A stretch of 61,431 nt of DNA, the filler included, from Sphacelaria rigidula (lineage: Eukaryota), in the NCBI GenBank assembly GCA_964200075.2. It is 11 parts of 11 records of this genome, joined end to end, with 100 filler letters (N's around TTAATTAATTAA, not from the genome) between each part and the next. Parts side by side here need not be neighbours in the genome. Positions count along the whole stretch, not along the records: positions 22,378 to 27,871 come from CAXNAA020026871.1; positions 27,972 to 33,465 come from CAXNAA020026872.1; positions 33,566 to 39,059 come from CAXNAA020026873.1; 8 more parts are not named here. One strand, written 5' to 3'. The notes under the pieces are model-generated. The model did not search any database. It was not told the DNA's origin and worked only from the letters and a program-made list of their open reading frames with translations. The position numbers were made by a program, and so were the translations under genes. The stretch's first letter is position 1, and each line of letters opens with the position of its first letter. Positions 22,278 through 34,130 of this stretch are shown in pieces.

Positions 22278-25200
22278 NNNNNNNNNNNNNNNNNNNNNNN
22301 NNNNNNNNNNNNNNNNNNNNNTTAATTAATTAANNNNNNNNNNNNNNNNNNNNNNNNNNNNNNNNNNNNNNNNNNNNCCCCAAACCCCCACACCCCACCC
22401 CCCCCCACACGCCCCCCCCACGCACCCCCCCCCCCCCCCCCCCCCCCCCCCTCCCTCCCTCCCCTCCCCCTCCCAAGGGAAAAATGAAACAAAAACAAAC
22501 TTATGCGAACAACAACAACAGCTCCAACATGTCATCAAGTCATCATCGCTCCCACCGTGCGAAACAAAATACACTATGTGGGCCTTGTCATCATCCACGA
22601 TCATGTGCGCTCGAAAAGGGTAAACGCAAATCGCCGGTTTTAGGGTGCCCAACGAAGCCACAACTGCAACAGCTTAGCCGGCGGCCGGCCGACCACAAGC
22701 GGGAACGACATGACAGGCAAACGGGACTAGAAGGGACTGGAAACGATCGCCATCATCAGGCGGCGAGATTCCATCACCGCCGTCACCGCTCCCCGCCCGA
22801 TGTTTCCTCGGATATTCCACCCGCTGTCCTTACAAATCACGGATAGCATCGAGCAACAGTCTACGGTCGCCTCTTCTCTCCCGCGCACCCTACGCTCCAC
22901 CCTCCATGACGGAGTTTAGCGCTCGAAGGTCTGAATTTCCCCCCCACCCTCTCCCCTCGGGTTGTCTGATGATGAAACGAAATGATCAGCAGCATGATTT
23001 TTGCATCCCATCCCAGACCCGAATATTTAGCCCACATAACTTTTAGCAGTTGGGAGGCGCACCCACCACGCACAGGTAGCTGTACCCGGCAAAACGCGCC
23101 ATACAGACCACCGCCGCCCCGGGTTCCGGCCGGTAGGGTAACGACCAGACGAATGCAAACCCGAAGCAAAACATGACAACACCAAACGGGCAGCCAGGAC
23201 CCCCAAACAATCATGAAACAGCTGCCACGACCCAAAACACCAGAACAACGTAACAGATAGACAGACAGACAAGTATTAGATGAGGAAAACAAAACCACAC
23301 GTCCTCCGAAAACAATCGATACCTACCACACATCACTCATACAACCATTTCTCGTACTATCGCAACAGCGCATTCAACCCCCCGCGGGATGGTTCCCCGC
23401 CACATTCCCCTCTCGTGAACCTCTCAGCCCGCGCGTCGAAATTGATAGTATTACATATTCGGGACATTGACGCGGCACAGCCATACTGGAACAAGCACAT
23501 CATGATCCCGCGATCGAAACAGTCGCCCCGTCCCCCACACCACCATCAGAAGGATCCCATAGGATCCATTACCGCCGTGTTTTCTCCGTACCGCCGGCAA
23601 ACAAGCAGCACCACCTGCAGCGCTGTACACGAACTAGGAGCAAAACAACCGTCGACAAAACCAGCGATCTAACCTCGACTATTTCCAAAAACACTCAGCC
23701 AAAGTCCTCCACGCCCGCCTACGCTCCGTGGCCCCACGTACGGCCCTGCCACACCGACGAATAATGCCTCCTCACGAACGCTCTCGCAGAGATCGCTCTC
23801 ATGAGCTACTTCCTATAGAGAGAAGTACGTCGGCCGTGCGGGGGTTCACACTTCAGCAGAACACGAGGCGGAGAAAAGTCATCCTCCAGGTGTATCAACG
23901 ATCCGCTACACGCGAGGGCGGAGTGTGAGTGTGTACCAAATCACTATCTCTGTGCTTGTGAGCCCCTGGAAGGCGACGTGCTTTCCTCCTTTGCACCAGT
24001 CCGAGATTTCTCCGCCTGGCTCACGAGATCCAAGACTTGTCGCAGCTTTCCTGTCTGCACCAACCACTCCTGGCATAAACAAAACAGGAACAGTTTGGAA
24101 GGGGGAATGAGACGGGACGTGGGTTCGTTATACTGATGACGAGATACCCTCACCCCTCCCCCCCCTAGAAAAATGGGTCACGACTCGACCGAGTCATCGC
24201 CGGTTCGAATCACCACATCCCCGATGTTTCAGGCCTGATTGCTCGAAAGAGAGAAAACGTTGACCGGGTCTTCCCTCGCCAAAAAGCGGTCCATGCTTCG
24301 GATACCTACACCCTCCACCCGGATCACAAAACGTGCCAAAGCACCGCCCAACAAGCCAGTTTCTTCCACCAGGCACTTGTCGGTTGGATTCCTCCTTGTA
24401 ATCATCCCCAAAGCGTTCCATTGGTGCGCTCGCATGATTACCTACTACTCGTCCACAGGAAAATACACCATGTCTTGACCAAGCACTGCCGGTGGAATGT
24501 GCCTCGAGTCACCTTGACATATCTTGTCCATGTCTTGCTGCATGAGGTAACCCTTTGATAGGCAAAACCTGGAACTAGTCGATTTTCACTGGAGAATGAC
24601 ATATTCCGCTGACTAACCCGAAGTGACCCCCCACCTTTCCCTCTTGAGGGTTGGCGTCGGTTGGCAGCGACGCTGTAAAACACGCCACTCACTGCGCAAG
24701 CTAGGCAACCAGGTTACCCTCGTCGTGCTCGCCGGCGGGCACAGCACACGTTCTTCACCAAACCATCGGCACTGGAGACGGTCGACTCAAGCTTTGCAAC
24801 AGAACACTCTCGCACAGGAAACACCTTGTGAACCGCCACCCACTCCCGAAAGACCTCGGGTCGGCCTTGGATTGAAGCTTGAGATGCGGCTTTGGGTTGA
24901 GGTTTCAGCAACAACAATTGTCGCGCTCCGCCACTCGAGCCCGTACAAACTGCAATCAGTCACTGTTATACTGTAGGGGAAAAGACTGCGTGTCGTTCAA
25001 AATCCAAAAGATATATACATGCGTTAAGCTTGATTTTTTTTCTTTTGTTCCGAGATGTATCTGAGTTGTGTCGATGAAAAGGTGAGAACGTGAGAACGTT
25101 AAGAGCATTTTTTTTCTTCTTCTTCTCTTTTTGCTGACGACAGGCGACATGGTACGAGGAGTATTGTAGTGAATTTCCTCCGCGACACTAATCAAGATGT

Positions 25201-25793
25201 ACTGAGGACCAACTCCCTCCCGAATGGGAAGGGTGACTCGTGTACAGAGTCGAGCTGAGGGACTTTGAAAAGAAGTTCCCACGGTGAGGAAGACCCTACC
25301 TAGTGGAGGATGAGGGATGCTTTCAAGTGCAACACTACCTGGGTGGGTGGGTGGGGGGGCAACCTCGATGTTTATCCGTACACCGGAGCACCTTGATAAC
25401 AACTCAGTTTTAGGGCTGGGTTCGAAATGGCGGTGAGGTGGAGTGTACTCGAATGGGCTGCACAAGACTAGAAATAGCCAAGTGCACGGTAAAGGTTCCT
25501 TCCTACCTGTCTCCTGGTGACGAAAAAAAAAAATGTAAGGTGTGTGTACACTAGTAGTTAACCCTTTGAAAATTAGACCCCGAAGAGGTGCTATTTTTTT
25601 TTCTGTGGATCGGCATCATTTTCGGTCATTTTTTCAAGTCAAAATGATGCTGATTCACAAAAGATTCGCAAAAACAAAATCAGCGCTTTAGTTCCAAAGG
25701 GAATAATATCAGAGGGGCAATATGGGTTGGTTGCACTCCTCGACAACATGGACTCCTTCCGAGGAAGGGGCGAGACGTGAAAAGTGTCCACGG

Positions 25794-26055
25794 GACTCAT
25801 GCTACGATAGGGGAAGGGGTGTTTGATTCCACGACAAAAGGGGCCCATAGGTTCGTCAGACGACCTGACACACTCGTGGTGCGCTTATTTTGAGTAAAAC
25901 ACGGTGTCAAGCAGTATGAATGACCGTTATCCATAGGTAACAAGCTCGTTCGAACAACTGTTGCTGCTTTCAACGACGATTTAAAGTGGAATTTTGTGGA
26001 AGAAATTGGCCAATATAGCCTCCCTCCCCCCTCCCCCCCCATCGTAACATGGCTC
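25794..26055 (-). mobile_element. MITE type B, degenerate copy
   Basis: Ends gactcatgctacgatagggg.. and ..cccccatcgtaacatggctc. The interior is the reverse complement of the 59085-59336 element (cggtgtcaa..gtatgaatga..aacaagctcgttc). No TSD seen. Confidence 0.75.
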
Positions 26056-26626
26056 GCAGAAATCATAATATAACATGTATCAACAACCATAGTTTCGAGG
26101 GCGCAAACTGGGGGAGAAACCCGCCCCCTCTACAATATCGTATGGATAGCAGAGAGGCACTGAAGTCCAACTGGTGTAATGGACAAGGCTTACCGTAAAT
26201 CGCCCGCGGATGCACTCCTCTAGCTCTCGATCTTGTCTTGGCGTCAGCCCCGCGTCTCGAATCGCGCGGTGTAAGCTTTCCACCACGGCCTCCCTGGAAA
26301 TAAATATATATATATGAGAACAAACAAGAACAATGAACTAAAATGGAGTCCACAGAAAGTAATGACATTATTCATCCTTGATGGCAAAAATAAAAAAACG
26401 GCGTATGAACAGGTATCGAAAGAAAAAGATTATATATCTAACATCCTCCTCCGTTATCTCTTTCAGAAACACCCTTCCCCGAGTCCCTCTCTGCCCGACC
26501 TCCACGATGTTGACCGCAGGCTAGAGACACGAAAAAAAAAAACGAAAAAATATTATGAGAAACTGAAGTAAAACAGCTCTGACTATCAAACGCACATAAG
26601 TAGCAACCAATATATATATATATATA

Positions 26627-26690
26627 TTGATTGATTGTCGCACTTTAACTGACCCCCCAGGGGTCCAGCGGTGGTCTCATGATAGACATA
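26627..26690 (-). mobile_element. Retroposon 3' end, (CAAT)n-tail family
   Basis: Reverse complement catgagaccaccgctggacccctggggggtcagttaaagtgcgacaatcaatcaat. Confidence 0.65.
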
Positions 26691-27809
26691 CCGAGGAAAA
26701 CGAAAGTTAAACACGCTCTGAAGGAAAGAAGGGACAGAAAAAAAAAGTCGAACAGAACGACATGGCAGACTAAGTCGGAATAAAAAAAATGAATGAAGGT
26801 AATAAAAAAGTAATAAAAAAAATCAACACAAGCAAAGCACAAAAATAATATATATATATATATATATATACATCGAAAAAACAAAACACACACACACACA
26901 CACATGAATCCAACATCGAAACACGATGAATGCGCGTACTTGTTTTTCCTCCACCACATCAAAACGGCTCAAGGGATTGAATGTTAAGGCCAACTCTTAT
27001 GGGAGCGTTGAAAAATTTATTTTGCAATAATTTTAAACGACTTTTTTTCTTCTCTTTACCGCAGTTGTGTATTTTGTGCCCATTCACCATGATGACAAAG
27101 AAAAAAAAAACTCCTCTGAAATTGTTGCACAATAAAAATTTCAAGCTCTCCCATTAGAGTTGGCCTAACACGAGGAAAAGCAAAATAAAATATGGCAACA
27201 TAACGACGATTAATCGACAAATAGAATGATGGACGCACTAGAGAGCAAAAAAAAAAAAACGACAGTGTCATACCTCTCCCGCCAGAACCCGGGATGCCCC
27301 GGGGGGGAACGGCACGGGGGAACAGGGAAGGGGGGGCCTGGTACATCAGGCGGAACTGGTACTGCCAGGGTGTAGAACTTCGCAGCGACATATGAAAGGG
27401 GGGAAGTATCATGGGGTAAGGTGCAATGAGGTCAGGACGACACACAGCAACAACAGCAGAAGCAACCACAATAAATAATGTAGACAGTTACACAAGCGGA
27501 AACATACCTTAAGATCCAGGTACCACCCGTAAATTTCGTGAGGGGGGGGAGGGGGGCGCGGGTACTCTCAATACACCTAGAGGCTACAGACGTCGTCAGG
27601 CTCCTGAAAATGAGTTGGTTCGCGTGTCGCAAGTATGCTGCTGCAGTCGGAGCGAGAAGGTATTATGCATGGTTTCCGAGATATTGGTGCGAGCTGACGG
27701 TGGGCCAGAAAAATAAAACAAATGTGGTTATTTCAAAGACAAAAAAAAAACATCAGTGGGGCGGCTAAGTTTTGGACTTCACTGGAGACCGCGCCGCCCC
27801 CTATATAGG

Positions 27810-27871
27810 TGTGTGTTGTGTTGTGTTGTGTTGTGTTGTCGTCCCATTTATTCTGGGCGCCAGTCTACCCC
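27810..27871 (-). mobile_element. Retroposon 3' end with (CAACA)n tail; second copy at ~58680-58725 (+)
   Basis: Reverse complement agactggcgcccagaataaatgggacga(caaca)n versus agaccggcgtccagaatacatggggcgacaacacccacaaca at ~58684. Confidence 0.6.
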
Positions 27872-28492
27872 NNNNNNNNNNNNNNNNNNNNNNNNNNNNN
27901 NNNNNNNNNNNNNNNTTAATTAATTAANNNNNNNNNNNNNNNNNNNNNNNNNNNNNNNNNNNNNNNNNNNNCCTATCAAAACGCTGCGACGGGTACAGAT
28001 TTTGCATTTCACTGTCAGGGTTTTTTCACAAAGACTGTGGAGGACCCTGTACGGACCCTGCACAGTGCGCCCCACAGGGTGCTATCTGTCCACGTGTGTA
28101 GAGTCATAGTGTGCACTCGAAATTGACGGCTGCGTCCCACCTGCGTTGGCAGGCGCTGGTACAGGTGATGAGGCTGATGCAGCTGGTTGGACGTTATCCG
28201 CAGTCACATGTACACTACTGTTGTCACTCGTGACGAGGTTCTGTTGTGCTTTGAGGTCCGGGGTGCATTGTGTTCGTATGGGGGGCGACTTCCCACATTG
28301 GGCACATCAAAACTTTGATTGCACAACTTGCACATAGATATGAAACGCTTCACACTGCCAGATGACAGTTTTGAAATCGGTTAAGAGGGTAAGGCAGGTA
28401 ACCGGTACCGGTATTTGGGACATGTAATACCCTACCGATACTGACCCAATCGGGTATTTCCTCATGCCATACCTACGATACCTGCGATACCG

Positions 28493-28662
28493 CGGTATTC
28501 CGAGATTTCAGTACCTACCGTACCCGCCGAACCCGATATTTTCGAATGTCACACCTACAATATCTACGACACCACGGTATTTCGAGATTTCAATACCTAT
28601 CGAACCGTCAAATCCGATATTTTCAAAACTCATACCTACAATACCTACGCATACCACGGTAT
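28493..28662. repeat. 82-bp tandem repeat (2 copies) inside a TACC-rich dispersed element (~28390-28740)
   Basis: cggtat occurs at 28493, 28575 and 28657, with conserved cgagatttcaRtaccta..ccgatattttc..acctacaata in both units. Confidence 0.8.
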
Positions 28663-28904
28663 GGGATACCCCGGTAAATACCGGGGGTACGCTCGGTATG
28701 GTACCTCACCTACGGTGCCTGCGGTGGGTGCGTATTCTCCAGAGTATGTGAACCATAACGCGGCCATTTATTCTTCAAAACGTTTCAACTGGCTTTCGCC
28801 TATGGCTCACGAGATGTTCCCGTTGTCTTGGTATATGTGCTATGATGAGCAGTACGGGTTTGGATCAGCGCCACCGAAGAAGCTGACGGCAGACGTCGCG
28901 AGGA

Positions 28905-31403
28905 AACGTGAATCAACAAGCGCTGCTCCAAGCCACCATCTCAAGGTTCACAGGGCTACAAGGCGGGGTTTCGCTCCGACTACGTCAGGACCGTCATGTT
29001 GAATGTGAAGAGACGGCTGTGTAATGACGGGGGCTGCTCGAAGAGGCCGTCGTATGGGGTTGCGGGAAGCACGAAAGCCGAGTTTTGCTTGAAGCATGCC
29101 ATGAGGGGAATGGTGAATGTGAAGAACAGGAAGTGCGGCTACGAGGGCTGCTCCACGCGGCCGTCGTATGGGGTAGCGGGAACGACGAATGCGGAGTTCT
29201 GTTCCAAGCATGCCAGGACGGAAATGGGGAATGTGATGAACAAGAAGTGCGGCCACGAGTGCTGCTCCACCCAGCCGACGTATGGAGAGTCGGGAAGCAA
29301 GAAGGCGGAGTTCTGTTTCGAGCATGCCAGGAAGGGAATGATGAATGTGAGGAGCAAGAAGTGCGGCCACGAGGGCTGCTCCACCCGGCCAAAGTATGGA
29401 GTGTCGGCGAACAAGATGGCGGAGTTCTGTTCCAAGCATGCCAGGACGGGAATGTTGAACGTGGTGGACAAGAAGTGCGGCTACCAGGGGTGCTCCATGT
29501 TGCCGTCCTTTGGTGTGACGGGAAGCAAAAAGGCGGAGTTTTTCTCCAAGTATGTCAGGACGGGAATGGTGAATGTTGTACACAAGAAGTGCGGCCACGA
29601 GGGCGCTGCTCCACGCAGCCGACGTATGGTGTGGCGGGAAGCACAAATGCGGAATTCTGCTCCAAGCATGCCAGGATAGAAATGGTGAACATGGTGATTA
29701 AGAAGTGCTGCTGCGAGGGCTGTTCCTCGAATCCGTTGTATGCTATAGCGGGAGGCAATACGGCAATGTTCTGCTTCAAGCATGCCGAGAATGGGATGGT
29801 GTACGTAGGGAAAAATAAGTGCGGCTACGAGGGGTGCTCCACGATGCCATCGTTTGGTGTGGCGGGAAGCACGAAGGCGGAGTTCTGCTCCAAGCATGCC
29901 AGGGCAGGAATGATGAATGTAAGGAAAACGCCGTGCAGCTACGAGGGCTGCTCCTCGCATCCGTCGTATGGGGTTGCGGCAAGCACGAAAGCCGAGTTTT
30001 GCTCGAAGCATGCCACGATGGGAATGGTAAATGTGAAGAACAAGAAGCGCGGCCACGAGGGCTGCTCCACATGGCCGTCGTATGGGGTAGCGGGAACGAC
30101 GAATGCGGGGTTCTGTTCCAAGCATGCCAGGACGGGAATGGGGAATGTGGTGAACAGGAAGTGCGGCCACGAGTGCTGCTCCACCCAGCCGACGTATGGA
30201 GAGTCAGGAAGCAAGAAGGTGGAGTTCTGATTCAAGCATGCCAGGACGAGAATGGTGAGAGTGAGGAAAAAGAAATGCGGCCACGAGGGCTGCTCCTTGC
30301 ATCCCTCGTATGGTGTAGCGGGAAGCAAAAAGGCGGAGTTCTGTTCCAAGCATGCCAGGACGGGAATGGTGAATTTGAAGAAGATGCCGTGCAGCTACGA
30401 GGTCTGCTCCTCGCATCCGACATATGGGTTAGCGGGAAGCACGAAGCCAGAGTTCTGTTTCAAGCATGCCAGCACGGGAATGGTGAATGTTGTACACAAA
30501 AAGTGCGGCCACGAGGGCTGCTCCACGCGCCCGTCGTGTGGGGAAGCGGGAGGGGGAAACGCGAAGTTCTGTTCCAACCATGCCAGGACGGGAATGGTGA
30601 ATGTGTTGAACACGAAGTGCGGCTCTGATAGCTGCCCCTCGCATACCTCGTATGGTGTGGCGGAGAGCAAAAAGGCGGAGTCCTGTTCCAAGCATGCCAG
30701 GACGGGAATGGTGAATTTGAAGAAGATGCCGTGCAGCTACGAGGGCTCCTCAACGCATCCGACATATGGGGTAGCGGGAAGCACGAAGCCAGAGTTCTGT
30801 TTCAAGCATGCAAGGATGCCAGCGATGTTCGACACCACGGAACCTAACACTGGAGAGGGCTCCGGCGACAGTAGCCCGACGGAGGGTGGTGGAGCAAGCG
30901 TTGCTAGTGTACGAGGGGCGAAGCGCAAGCAGCAAGCAACCGTTGCTTTGTTTGGATCCGTTGTGAACGATGTTGGCGCTCCCCGTAGTATGTGCATCGG
31001 TTCTAGGCAGGGTGCGAGAACGCCATTGCTTTCGGGGAGCTCACCTTTGCTTTCGGGATACTCACTTTCAAGGGCTGAGGGTGGGGCATCTTTGAGAGCA
31101 AGAGCAGGAGCAGGATTGAAAGTGGAGCTGGCAGCCCCTTCTCCTACACACGATGGCGATGGGGTGTGGGCGTGGCGCGGGCAGGCTGCCCGTTCAAGCG
31201 TTTGGAGCAGCGAACATGGTCGTGGCGGCTTCATTAGCAGTGGTGGTGGGAGAACGGGACGGCTCTGTGGCTCGCTTCAAGTGGTACCTGGAGACCTGGG
31301 CGCATGTGATGATGTTGCGTTTGAAGGGGCAAAGGAGGACTTGGACGTGAAGTTCGAGCTCGGGGTATCTAGTCCTTCTCTTCGGACGTCCGACACATGT
31401 TAG
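28905..31403 (+). pseudogene. EsV-1-7 cysteine-rich repeat protein: 16 tandem 38-aa C-x4-C-x16-C-x2-H repeats (plus one degenerate upstream repeat) and a low-complexity C-terminus; frameshift and nonsense codon
   Basis: 114-bp periodicity from ~29017 to 30820; consensus CGHEGCSTxPSYGVAGSKKAEFCSKHARTGMVNVxxKK. A 2-nt insertion at 29605-29606 (gagggcGCtgctcc) shifts the frame from ORF 28996 to ORF 29085. TGA replaces the conserved Cys at 30228-30230, and the same frame continues as ORF 30252-31403. Confidence 0.92.
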
Positions 31404-33565
31404 ATGGCACCATTCTTCCCACCGATGTCATTGCTCAGGTTAAGGGAGAGTGTGTTAATGTGTACTCGGTGATGTTGATAACGCAAACGGCAATTGGTCG
31501 GCTCGGCTTCCTCTTTTCTATTAATGCGAAGCAGTTTGTGAGATTTATGGAGTCCTGGTAACAGGGATTTCGTCAGATTGAGAGTCTGACGTTCGATTGA
31601 GATGAGAACCCAAGGAGTAGCAAATCTTATTCAACTCATCGACTGATGTTGGGGAATACGTTCTGCGCCGAGGCAGGCAAGACGTAGCTCGAATAATCGC
31701 TCCTGGCCCTAGCGTGTATTCTGATTTCATTAGCATCATCAACCAGCGGAAATCTGAAACTCTAGATTTCGGGCAATGGTTGATTTATACCAGAAACAGT
31801 TTCAGTTCTGAAATGCCCGTCCGGGCTGCATACGCTCTCTGTACTAGCTCGCAGCTGAAGCCTCTGATATCCTCGAAACGGATCGTATCGTGGAGCTACA
31901 AGCACACCATATTGTCACCAGCATAATGCGCACACGAGTATTGGTCACGTCGGAGCGAATGATAGGCTTGAACTTTGATCAGCGCTTGACCCGATCTGGC
32001 GAAACCCTGTTACATCCCAGCACCACATTCCACCGGAGACCGAGGCGCCGTTGTCGTACTTGTGTCAACCATGTCCTTCAACGGCAGGGTGCCAAGAGCT
32101 GGCCGAGAGTGATGCGCACAGTAGTAGTCGGCAACTCGACGAACTGTAAGCGCACTGTTTGACTTGTATTGTGTATTTGTTCCCAACCTTTTTTACTGAT
32201 GGTGCAATGTGTGTCCCAATATTTGTTTTTCTTCAGCATTTTTTGTACCCCGAACAGGAGCACTTGCCGCGTGTTTCATATCGTACGGAACCCCAAGACG
32301 GAGAGATGGGTTTGCCACAGTATGGGGGTGCCAGATGGTATACCAGTCCTCCTGCAGTATTTGAAGAGACACATGTTCTGAATGTGGGATATGGGAGGAC
32401 ATCATGATGCCACCTCACACCTGTGGTCCAACTGTTACACGTTATGAACCGACTATAGCAGGTTTGGGGATTCGAATCCATCTTCCTCCATCATAGATGA
32501 GTGGACGAGGAGACTTGAAGACAAGTGAGCACAGTTAGGGGTGCGAATCGGGGGGGGGGTGTTAGCCTCGAACTTTGTCAGGCTGTTCGACGGAATTCAA
32601 TCGACCATAGACAAGTCATCCTCGTTTCCTTTCTTCCATGTCCATACACTTGATTAAACACATCGTTGGAACGAGCAAAACGTGCGTTAAAGCGACTTCC
32701 TCCCTGTTCAGACGCTACATACACGTCCACACTCCTGACACACACTGTACGATGACCTCCTTCCTTCTCAACTCTTGTAGCGTTCGCTGAAACTCTGCAA
32801 AACAAATACTTTTACTTTTTTCCACCTGGTGTGCCGAGCGTGGGACATTCCCGGAAAGCGAAGTCATCACAACATGCACTGTGAGTTGAAGCACACAACC
32901 AAGCGTACATCAGGATTGGAAATGACGAATCCCAACGCCCTACGAACCTCCTTTTTGGGCCCGATTTTTCAAACAAAAACACGTAAATTTCTTTTGAATT
33001 TTTATGTTGCCGCCATGTGCCGCGTTCGTCTCGAGACTTGATCTTGATGTGCCAAACACGTTCGTGCGCTGGAAGGCGACATTAACAGTGTGTTTCCGCG
33101 ATGAATAAACGTGTAGGGGGACAGCGGGGTGGGCGGGTGGAGGGGTAGTATCGCGCTGACCCGAGTCACTTTCGACGAACGCAGTCGAACATTTTTCGCC
33201 GGGGATTCGTGCCACTTAATTGCAACCCATCTTGCACTCGCATTCATGTTTGAAGGCGCAAGCAGCAAGCGTGTTTCGCGACATATGCGTAGCAGTCTTC
33301 TTGTGCGGACCGCCGTGGAGGTTACGGTTGCTACAACCGAGCCGAAACTCGTCTGACCCGCGGTCACTTTCGAATGTAGTAATCGCAGTCGACATTGGTA
33401 TGGAGCGTGCGAGCCTCGGTGTAAACCGCTGCATAATTATGTTGATCATCAGGAGACGCTCATTGNNNNNNNNNNNNNNNNNNNNNNNNNNNNNNNNNNN
33501 NNNNNNNNNTTAATTAATTAANNNNNNNNNNNNNNNNNNNNNNNNNNNNNNNNNNNNNNNNNNNN

Positions 33566-33649
33566 GCTTTGTAGGGATGCGAGGTCAATGGTCTGATGAC
33601 TATGGCAAGCATGATCATGAGTACACCCCCCCCTATCGTAGGATGACTC
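33566..33649 (+). mobile_element. Right end of MITE type A with intact TIR
   Basis: Type A interior followed by a C run and CTATCGTAGGATGACTC, the exact reverse complement of the left TIR at 59085 (GAGTCATCCTACGATAG). Confidence 0.82.
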
Positions 33650-33809
33650 AGAAGAAATGATTGTCCATTCTTGCGCGTGGTGTTGGGATGCCCACGGGGG
33701 TCACGATGTGCAGAGCGGGGTAGCCGGTGCGATAGGTGAGCAAGAGCGAGTGGTGGTCAAGCAGGAGAGGGGGCGGGGGTGGGGGCCGGTTCGGACGGCA
33801 CGGCAAGAG

Positions 33810-34130
33810 CAATATATATATATTATATATATATATTATGGGTATTATCACCATCATCGTCATAGTTCTTCTTCATACTCTTCTCATCATTGTTATTTTC
33901 GATATCATTGTTGTTGTTGTGACGGTTACTATGATGATAGTTTTTGACATTATTATCGTTACATTGTTATCGTTATGATGGCTGTTATGAATATCTTCAC
34001 TGACATTGTTATTTGTTATCACCATAATCATCATGATCCTTATTGTTACTAACCTTACTTTAGGATTACTTTATTAAACTATTAATATTGTTATATTTGT
34101 TTTATATAATATTATCACTACCATTATTAT
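33810..34130. repeat. Low-complexity (AT)n/(ATT/ATC)n microsatellite-like tract
   Basis: Degenerate tattat/catcat/tgttgt trinucleotide runs. Confidence 0.8.

Noticed and set aside
22378..24620. Several 60-145-aa ORFs in contig 5
   Set aside because: No recognisable motifs or consistent exon chain; probably decayed repeat sequence.
28948..30935. Many overlapping antisense and alternative-frame ORFs with periodic sequence; CRISPR-like periodicity
   Set aside because: Shadows of the 114-bp coding repeat. There is no repeat/unique-spacer alternation and no cas genes.
32420..32495. tRNA-like GGATTCGAATCC (B-box/T-arm) sequence
   Set aside because: No cloverleaf with acceptor, D and anticodon stems could be built.
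27972..33465. Endogenous phaeovirus segment suggested by the EsV-1-7 domain
   Set aside because: No other viral gene or gene-dense region is recognisable on the contig, and EsV-1-7 genes are a large host family in brown algae.
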